Shown piece after piece: positions 8,744 to 17,700 of a stretch of DNA of 60,000 nucleotides. Position 1 is the stretch's first letter; the number at the start of each line of letters is the position of its first letter. This stretch comes from a virus (Duplodnaviria; Caudoviricetes): positions 1-60,000 of IMG/VR virus record IMGVR_UViG_3300033141_001695; one strand, 5' to 3'. Position numbers and translations under genes: made by a program. Under the pieces are notes generated by a model. The model saw nothing but the letters and a program-made list of their open reading frames with translations. It searched no databases and was not told the DNA's origin.

Positions 8744-9955
8744 CTACAGATTACTGATCGACAAGGCGGCGCGAAAGCCAAGGCTGTAGTCCGTGCCCGT
8801 CGGCGTACCGAGCGTACTGACAAGCAAACCGGAACGGGCGTACGAGGTCTTGTCCCAGTCGCCGCAACGTCGCAAAGCACGGGAATTATTGTTGTCATAA
8901 GCATACCAAGAATCCAGATATGTGCTATAGTGCGTCGATGGATCAGCTTTATTCGGCAGTACCATATATTTACCGGTAGCATCCTCCAACAATGCTCCGA
9001 TATTTTTCCATCCGGATGCTGCACCATTGCTGATATCCACGGCGGTTTTAAGCTGGATTAAGTCATTATCGCCGTGGGGCAATGTAAGAGCAGACGATAA
9101 AATTGCTCGCCCTGTAAATCGTCCTGTGATGATTATTCGTTTTATAGTAACATCTTCGTCCCCATTTATTATATCGGTGATTGTATAAACACCGGGTGTT
9201 AGTTGAGATACATCAACGCCATCGCCTGCGGCGTTATCATCATAATCAATATATGTGTCCGTAGCGATTCTTGCCCCAGCCAGATACGCTTTCGGCTGAT
9301 ATAGTCCACTCTCGATCCGGCAGTCTTCCCACTCGTAAATATTGGCAACCAGATTATGAATCCCTCGGCCGGGTAATCCATTATGCCACCACGAAGCGGG
9401 ACCAGAGCCGGTTAGTTTTCGATATGCAGTATATACCGGATCAGTAATGCCGTAATTCTCCCAACTATCCGCATCCCGAATGTCTTTCCCACTGTTATTA
9501 TTGCCTCGTTGCTGTCCCCACATTCCTGATTTCATAATAAGAGACAGAATTGAAAACCGCTCAAACGGTGTAAGCAAATGGCAAAATCTATCTCCAATCT
9601 TTCGATTGCTTGCGGCAATTCTTGCATTAAGCCATGAAATATCTGTCCACGGCACAACGCCTGGTTTTGAGCATGCAGCCACAAGACCGGGTGAATCGGC
9701 TGAAGTAGAACCTCGACTTGTTGAAGATGCATCGGGCTGACAAGCTTCATATACATCAGCCCAAAAACCTCCTGCTTCCAAATCATTCAATGCTGCTTGA
9801 GGCCAACCGGACGTTTTGAATCGCGGAATAAATGCCATGGTTGAAATAACATCATCACCAGTACCATCATTATTTGATTTATGAACGAAATCCCGAACAT
9901 CCAAAGATGAATTCAAGGCAGCCTGTATGCCACCTAAACTTAAAGGTATATCCAA
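8744..9955 (-). CDS. DGR target protein, CLec/FGE-sulfatase-like fold (Mtd-like receptor-binding protein)
   Basis: AFIPRF, GFWADVYEA, SKPGVVPWTDISW..A, HLLT..E, TGSGPASWWHN...GIHNLVANIYEW and C-terminal GFR; last gene of the tail-fibre module, immediately before avd. Confidence 0.9.
   Translation of the reverse strand: MDIPLSLGGIQAALNSSLDVRDFVHKSNNDGTGDDVISTMAFIPRFKTSGWPQAALNDLEAGGFWADVYEACQPDASSTSRGSTSADSPGLVAACSKPGVVPWTDISWLNARIAASNRKIGDRFCHLLTPFERFSILSLIMKSGMWGQQRGNNNSGKDIRDADSWENYGITDPVYTAYRKLTGSGPASWWHNGLPGRGIHNLVANIYEWEDCRIESGLYQPKAYLAGARIATDTYIDYDDNAAGDGVDVSQLTPGVYTITDIINGDEDVTIKRIIITGRFTGRAILSSALTLPHGDNDLIQLKTAVDISNGAASGWKNIGALLEDATGKYMVLPNKADPSTHYSTYLDSWYAYDNNNSRALRRCGDWDKTSYARSGLLVSTLGTPTGTDYSLGFRAALSISNL
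8762..8881 (-). other. DGR variable region (VR)
   Basis: Encodes RALRRCGDWDKTSYARSGLLVSTLGTPTGTDYSLGFRAAL. Codons at positions that are Asn in typical TRs are NNC/NNT (GAC, GAC, TAC, CTT, AGT, CTC, GGT, GGC, GAC, TAC, AGC). Confidence 0.85.
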
Positions 9956-9958
9956 AAT

Positions 9959-10303
9959 TTAATCTCCTTCCGGCAACTGCCAATATACGATGTCAATATC
10001 ATTTTCGGTGAGTACAGTTCTAATTGATCGGGTCTCGGGCATACCGTTTTCATCTAAAATCGGTTGGTCAAATTCATCCAAAACCGGCTCAGTGTGATAC
10101 GCAATTCCCGGAAGAGCTATCTCAGCTATCAACCAGAATCCTGAACCATCCAGAGTTAATTTGTCCTCTGATCTGTAAATTCTGACAACGTAAGGAGTGT
10201 ATCGCTGCAAAGTGCTTAGATTTAATTCTTGCTCACGGAATTCGAGCGAACTTATAAAGAATTCATTGTCTTGGGTTAAAAATACCGGTGTTAATTGGCT
10301 CAT
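9959..10303 (-). CDS. Tail-fibre-module protein
   Basis: Likely start MSQLT at 10303 (overlap with the upstream stop); directly upstream of the DGR target. Confidence 0.6.
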   Translation of the reverse strand: MSQLTPVFLTQDNEFFISSLEFREQELNLSTLQRYTPYVVRIYRSEDKLTLDGSGFWLIAEIALPGIAYHTEPVLDEFDQPILDENGMPETRSIRTVLTENDIDIVYWQLPEGD

Positions 10304-10632
10304 AATATCACCTCCCAATCGAATCCAGTTGTTATATCTGAACCGCTGCATTTTACAACGAACGAATTAGCAGCTTTTGATTCCACGCTGATCTCACCGA
10401 TAAATCCGCTTGAACTATGAGGCGTTATGTCAACCTTGTAGTCTGTTGTTTCAAGTGCATGAGAAGTTATGTCAATAGTCGCACCGATTGTACTGTTGAA
10501 TGTGCTGGACCCTCTGGCCAAGTTTTTAGACCGAGTAAGTGTTGCCGTTCCGCCAATGGCTACGTCGCCTGAAAAGTCGCCTGTGGTTCCCCTGACTGCA
10601 CCATTGAACGAGCCTACACCCATAAAACCCAT
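10300..10632 (-). CDS. Short tail fibre/adaptor protein
   Basis: Gly/Thr-rich beta protein ending YKVDITP...GEISV..KAANSFVV...FDWEV. Confidence 0.55.
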   Translation of the reverse strand: MGFMGVGSFNGAVRGTTGDFSGDVAIGGTATLTRSKNLARGSSTFNSTIGATIDITSHALETTDYKVDITPHSSSGFIGEISVESKAANSFVVKCSGSDITTGFDWEVIL

Positions 10633-10642
10633 AATTTCCCCT

Positions 10643-11023
10643 TTACAACGTTGCCAGATTAACAGTTATGGTCACAGCAGCCGCCCCGCCAGTTTCAATC
10701 GCCACAATTTTGTAATACCGCGCAAAATGCGGACTGAATTGAATCAGAACCTTGCCGTTACTCCCTGGGCCGGATGTTTTGGTGAGTCCTGACATAATTT
10801 CGACAAAGTTGGAGCCGGAATAACTTCCTTCTGGGGCTAAAAAATCATTTCCGTCATTGCTGGCTATATAGCCCAACTTGACCGTACCATCCCCTGCAAT
10901 AGTGGCCTGAAGTGAGAAGAAGCCGTTTGCACCGCTGATATCGGTAATGTCAGACGTTTCCGTTTCACTTTTGGCAACTTCCTTCGCTCCAAAAACTGTT
11001 TTAACTTTTAGATTATTATTCAT
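10643..11023 (-). CDS. Virion structural protein (jelly-roll-like)
   Basis: FSLQ...GTVKL...SNDG..F...FARYYKIV pattern common in small tail accessory proteins. Confidence 0.5.
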   Translation of the reverse strand: MNNNLKVKTVFGAKEVAKSETETSDITDISGANGFFSLQATIAGDGTVKLGYIASNDGNDFLAPEGSYSGSNFVEIMSGLTKTSGPGSNGKVLIQFSPHFARYYKIVAIETGGAAAVTITVNLATL

Positions 11024-11649
11024 ATCGGATCACCTATTTTATTTTTTGCATAAAGAATACCAATACCAACATAATGCGCCACATCATCGGCAGTGTCTAA
11101 TTCGTCGTCAGAACCAATACGCGCAATTTTTACAGTACAATATCTATCGTCCGAATCCGGTAATACTGCTATGTCAAAAACTGTATATTGATAACCGTTA
11201 GCCGTGCTTGATACTGCCACTGTTTCGGTTACTGTCTCATCTGGTGTTGAGCTGCTTGTATCTTCATTAAGTTTGCGCCAAAGATATTGTATCTCCCATT
11301 TCACATTTCCAGTATTCACACCACATGACCAGCCTATAATAAACTTAAAAGGAACTGTTCGATCTGTGCCTTTTTGTAAAGTGAAAGTTATGGATATTTC
11401 ATTATCAGCAGCTTTCGCAAATTCCCAAGCTCCGCCTATTCCATGAGTTACATAAGTTGCAGGTTTTATTCCTGGCGCCCGCGCAGAGCCAGCACTTATT
11501 TGAATATATTCTGTTATTCTGGCATCACCATACAATGTAATTTCGCCATTGTTTGCAATTTCAATGTAATCGCCTGTTGCAACATTGCCTATAAGTCCAG
11601 TCGGGCCCCTGATTGCACCGAAGAACGGGCCTATTCCTTTAAAGCTCAT
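11020..11649 (-). CDS. Tail fibre/appendage protein
   Basis: Beta-rich. Its N-terminus MSFKGIGPFFGAIRG resembles that of 10300..10632 (MGFMGVGSFNGAVRG). Confidence 0.55.
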   Translation of the reverse strand: MSFKGIGPFFGAIRGPTGLIGNVATGDYIEIANNGEITLYGDARITEYIQISAGSARAPGIKPATYVTHGIGGAWEFAKAADNEISITFTLQKGTDRTVPFKFIIGWSCGVNTGNVKWEIQYLWRKLNEDTSSSTPDETVTETVAVSSTANGYQYTVFDIAVLPDSDDRYCTVKIARIGSDDELDTADDVAHYVGIGILYAKNKIGDPI

Positions 11650-11668
11650 AGTGTATTTATTCCTCCAT

Positions 11669-11707
11669 AAAAAAGCCGTACCAGATTAAGATATCTGACA
11701 CGGCTTT
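11669..11707 (-). terminator. Intrinsic terminator before the tail-fibre/DGR module
   Basis: AAAGCCGT-GTCAGAT...ATCTGGT-ACGGCTTTTTT on the minus strand, immediately followed by the SD GGAGG. Confidence 0.75.
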
Positions 11708-11766
11708 CGGGGAAGCTCTGTTGAGTTTGTGTATATTATTATAATATTAATGATTTTTCAACCATA

Positions 11767-14700
11767 TTACCTTTTCCGCTTCATCTTTAAATAATGTAAC
11801 CGATACCATTTTAAAGCAATATTATAGCTCTTTCGTTGTTTTTTATTCAGTGATCTCAAAAACTTACGTCTTAATCGTTTTGGAACAGAAGCCAATGGAT
11901 GAGTTGCTTTTATGCTTATTTTAATGCCACCAAGCGTTCCACCTAACTTTTTATATTTTTCCAAATACCGTTTAGCTGCACTTAAATCTCCATACTTCAG
12001 AGATTGTTTGTAATAATATAAAGCATTGGATTTTGTTGTCGGAATAAATCCAGGCTTTTCAATGCCTTCTTTATCCAAAAAATCGAATGATGCTTTCTTA
12101 ACATCATAATACGCCGATTCCCCAGGATCGGACGTATAGAACCCCAAAGATAGCACGTCATTAAAAAGACGTTCCGTTATATCTTCTCCTCTCTTTGGTT
12201 TTCCGGCTATCCACTTATAGGGTAGATTCATGGAGAATGTCCGTGCAATATGCTCCCATTTATCACGGATAGGACGAGGGAAAAATGGGTCCGGATAAGT
12301 CGTTCTCCCAAGAACAGTTTCTCCAAGAGTTTTAATTATAGGCCTTGAACCATGCCATATTTTTATTACAGGCGCCTTGAAAGCTTCTTCCATTTTTGTA
12401 CCAATTGGTTGTATCCCTTTTGCCACATCGCTTATGTCATGGACAATATCTTCAGCACCAAACCATGACAGCGTATCGCTTAATGCTCCTTGGAATCGCA
12501 AAGAAATGATACTACCATCTTCCCTCCTACCTAAAATCAAATGAAGCTGTCTGCGTTGAGCTTCCCCCAATTCTTTTTCTTCGTCCGGAAAGAAGGTCAT
12601 ATTCCACAATATGACAGCGCCGTATAAAGCAGTTGCTTTCAATCCTAATTTGGTTGCTTTCCATGCCATAGCACCAGATACAACTTTTGTGCTTTTGCCT
12701 TCATGCGGAAGGTTTTGAAGTAATCTCACATATCTTGGGGCATTGATTTCTTGCCATGACCAGAACGGGATCATGTGCGCTCTGAGCCATTGCCCTGCCT
12801 GTGAAATATTTCCGTAATCACCGATTAATTCTCGCGCTAATTTTGCAGCCATTTCATCGGACGTTGCGCTTTCAGCCATCTTTTGCAACTCCGCCCGAAT
12901 GGAAACACCATTGAGATTGATCCCGGGCTTTTTACCTTTTGCAATTTCATCTTTGAAATATCGGAAAGCTGCAAGCCTGAGAAGATTTTCTCGATAAGTT
13001 GTATATTGCACTGCACTTCGCCAATATTTTTGTATAAGATTTGGCTTTTCTCCAAGCAACATTGACATGTGCTTGTCATGGGATAATTGACTAGTCACTT
13101 CAGCAACTTCCTGAATAGACCATCCAGAACCTAATACATCTAATTTATACGATTGATCTATTTCAGCTTGAAGTTCATCTGATATCTTTTTCTTTTTGAG
13201 TTCCTGCCATAAATCCTTAGTGGCTTTTGGAAAATAATTTTTTATAATTCGCGGTTCATAAGCAAGGATGATATCTGAATCGCCAGAAGTATTATTGATA
13301 TTGTATTTTATCCATCGGAACGGATTCATCAATATCCATTTTTTCCATGCACTAATCATAGTTACCGATGCTTTTTCTAAGACATTATCTTCAGGAAACT
13401 TTCTGAACTCATCCATTGTTAAGGCTAATTCTTGTGGAATTACCCATGTTTCATCGATACCTCGGGCTAAAATCTGTTTGACATCTTCCGGCTTTAACTG
13501 GCTGGTTCCTTCTTGAATTTCCATTAACATTCGGTCTGTAATAGAGTTGGCTTTAAACCATGCCGTTCCTGGTCTTGGTTTCCAAGTTGTGTAGCCTTCA
13601 GGGATTAGTTTTGTCCAATCTTTTATTTCCTTGGCCTTGGCTTCTGCTTTTAAACTTGGGACAATATTGGCTAAGTCCTTGATTCTGTCTAATGTTTTCT
13701 TTGTTTCAATCTGAGATAAAGCTTGAGCTATTACCTCAAATTCAGAATCAACATATTGAGTGTTGTAATCTTTGATGGAACCTTTACGGGCTATCTGCCA
13801 ACCTTTTCTATGAGCACGAACATCTTTTGCCGATGTTCCCGTACCTGGTTTGTAATCCTCACCCATGGCCTTGGCCAATTGGTATTCCATTACCTGATGG
13901 TGAAAATAATCATCATATTTCATTACATCTTCAGAAAGCAATTTATTTTCAACCAATTCTTTCTTGAGCGAATGGTTAAATTCCCTACGTCTTTTCAAAG
14001 CTTCCTTTATTTTTGGATCCTTTTCGGCAATCTTATTCAGATAATCATAATATGACTTAACGTCTTTTCTGTCTTTAAACCCAAAAGGCAATTCTTCCTT
14101 GTCTGCAAGCAAGCCATTATCAATATCACGAATCATATCACCCATGATAATATGCATGGTAAAGAAATCATATCTTTTTGGTGTCAATATTCGCAAAAAA
14201 TTATCAATGGCAGCACTCGCCCTTCTGCGTGAATCTGTAGGTATATTGGAATATATCCGTAAAATATTGAGATAATCACCATGTGTTTTAGGGTCAAGGT
14301 GTTTGTGTGTCCGTTTAAACGCTTGATAAGCTTTGGTAAATCCCCGTTTAGCTTTGTCTATCAACTTTGGTTTTGGGATACCTTTGGCCAAACCGATGCG
14401 CTCTTTCTGTTTGTCTGTTCGTCCATAAAGTGGATCTGCGTCTATTTCTGGTGTATCTTTTTTGACGCTATAGAGGATGTCTGCCTCAGTCGCAACTTCA
14501 TCCCTTACTTCTGATATTATTTTACCGGTTTCGATATCACGAACAACTCCTCTTACAGTTCTTATCCCCATCTTATTAATCACAAGATCAATAAAGTCAG
14601 CAATCTTCTGAAGTATCCTTTGGATAGGTCGAATTTGTGCATCCCTGGTCTTAAACGCTTCTTCAATAAACTTTGCTCTCGTCTCTTCGTTGGGCGACTG

Positions 14701-17700
14701 TCCTTTACGTTTAATGGCTTTATTCAGCGCAGACATATCTTTAGTGTCAAGGATTCCTGACTTTTCAAGAAAATGCGTAAATTCATGGTCAATAGTCCAT
14801 CTATTCCCTACGCCTTCAACAATATTAATCGATTTGTCAGCATGATCATAGAAGCCTGCCACTTGCTCCCCAGGCTTGAGCCCGTGTCTTCCATATCCGA
14901 CATTGAGCGTTACACTTCCCGGGTCAACACCTTCAATACTGTTGATTATGAAACCCAAATTATTCCTGAACTTGACTGATATTTTTCCGTCCTCTGCTTG
15001 GGTTACTGCGGCGGTTTTGAATCGGGGGTGAGCCTTGATTGATTCCAAGTTGATTTGGGTTAAGGATGGCACTTCTGTTATGGCGTAGACTTTTGGTTCT
15101 TTCCTCAAACCAATAAAAGGCTTAACCTCGATTTCAGGATGATGCTTTTTAAAATAAGCTTCTTTTACCGCTTGAATTGTTTCAGCTTTTTTAACTCGTA
15201 TTTCTTTCCCGGCCTTTGTCGTTTTGATCACTTGCCATTTACTGACAAAATCGTTTGCCTCTTTTAAATCATCAGTGAAAAGCTTAACATTAAAGGTTTT
15301 GCCTTGTGTTATTATTTCTTTGGCAACTTCTTTCGGCTTTGCGGGTTCTTCGGCCACGGGCTTAATTTTGGCTCGTTCAATTCTGCCTGGTTCGCCTTCC
15401 TTACGGATTGGCTCATCACCTGGTCGAAAACCGATAATTTCCTGTTGGGCTTTTCCATAATATTGTTCCTCTACTTTTTGGATGGCATTTTCAATAATTT
15501 CCGATGGAGATATTTCGGCATCATCTTCAAACAAGGCTTTTGTTTGAGCATCCATCTTAATTCTTCTGATGGCTTTTGCGGATTCGCTGAACACAAGACC
15601 CATTCGTTTTGCACTTCTGATGTTTTCATTAAGAAAACGGGTTGTTTTATGAACCTCTTCCGGGATCTGTTCAAACATGCCGATTTGCGAAAGGATCGTA
15701 TCTATCGGTTCTCCGGTTCTACGGGATTGCCTTATCAGCTTTGCCGCTGCAATGATATTGCTTGATACTTCTGACGCTGCACCGGTTCTCCCTTTAACAG
15801 CTTTTGCCTGGATAAAATGCGGAGCAGCCACGTTCAGGGCATTAAGAATGGTTTTAATGTCCGGGTCCGCTTCCTCGGCAATCAGAGTCAACAATGTATC
15901 ATCATTGTACGCCTTGTGAAAAATAGCCATTTGTATTCGATCAATCAACTGCTTAGTGTACCGGCCATCTTCTGTTAAAAAACCTGCGGCCTCGCTTGGT
16001 CCCAACTGCTTGATGAACCGATTAATAAAAGTAGAATTGCTCCTTGCTGTTATATCCCCTTCGTCGGACGGTTTGAACGTGGATAAGTCCGCATCGGTGA
16101 GTTTTTCAGCATCATTCTTGGCAACTTCAACAGGTGACATTCTGGCAACTTCATCCTGATTGGCACGTTTGGCAAAGTCCACCCGGTCAACATCTGTCTT
16201 GCGAGCCCGTACCAAAACAGGCTGATCAAGAGCTTCGATATCCTCTTTTTTCAGCCCAAACTTTTCAGCATTGGCGGTGAGCCATTCTTTATATTTTTGT
16301 CCTATATCACGCCCGTATGCCTTCCTGATAGCAATAGTTCGTCCATTGCCGGACTCAACCACCATGTCATCACCAACAATCGGAGCCCCTGATGCAACGC
16401 TGGCAGACTCGCCCAACCGTTCAGGATTCAACTTTTTTGCCATCTCTTCAATTTGAAGCTTCATGGCAGATCGTTCCCGGTCACGGGGTTGCATCTCTTG
16501 TGGGTATGCCTTGTTTATAGCCAAAGTGTCGGTATGGGAGGTTATCAAGTTATTGGCATTGGTTACGGCGTATTGTGTTTTGATAGGAGTATTGTCGCTG
16601 AGATATGAAGTTGATTCTTTACCTTTCTCGGCCACTGGCGGCACTACGATTTCCGGCTCTTTAGCAACGGGAGGCTCAACCTTCAGATCAACTTCAACCA
16701 ACTCAACCTTCTCCATCCTCGGTGCATACGTCTTCCCGTCCTCCCCTCGTACCGTATAGGAAGCCTTGTTCACCTTCTCAACGGTTCCCCGCATCGGCTT
16801 CCCGCCTTTGCCTGTCCATGTGACTGTGGCGCCGGGGATGATCTCTTTAGGTTCTACAACCTCGGGTTTCTCTTCAATGGGTGGTTTTGGTTCAGGCAGC
16901 TTTTTTTCTTCAATCCCAAGTCTTTCTTTATAATTATGAATCAGCCTTTCATTCTCTCTATAATTTTCGTATTCATCTCCAACGCCAGCTTCTTTATATA
17001 ATTGCCTTGCTTCCAATAATCTTTGCAATGCATTTTTGGGTTTTAATCCATAAGACTTTTTGTGAAGTTTATCTGCTTTGGCAACTATGTCAGTTTTTGG
17101 CTTTATTGGTTCAATTTTCACTTCAGGCTCAACAATAGGTACAACTTTCGGTTCAGGCTTAACTTCTTCAGGCTTCTTTTTCGGTAACGTCTTTTGAGCG
17201 TATTCCCGCGCATACCGACCTACGGCATCATCCGTATCGTAGAACTTTTCAACCGCTTCCATGGATCCAAGTTCTTTGACTTTGTTTTCGATGAAGGGTT
17301 TGTTGATTTCGGGTGCTGGTTTAGGTTCTTCAGGTTTTACTTCAGCTTCCGGCAACGGCTCGACTTTGGCCTCTTCAGGTTTTGGCTCTACGGGAGGCAC
17401 AGGTTTCTCTTCCGGTATTTCCTCAACAACGGGCGGCGCAGGTTCAGGCACAACTTCCGGTGGTATTACCGCTTCCGGTTCAACCCTCGCTTCTTCTCGT
17501 CGTAATTCCTCGTCACTGGCCGCTCTTCTGGCTGCCTCTGGGAATTGAATATCCTCGCGGCTAACTCTTTCGCCCTCTTCAACGGCAATCCTTGGCGCTG
17601 GAACTTTTTTTTCAGCTTCACGTATTTCTCTGGCATATTCTTCCCCCCTTTCTATTTCTGGTCTTGTAGGTTCAACAGTTTCGACTTTTGCAAATCTCGG

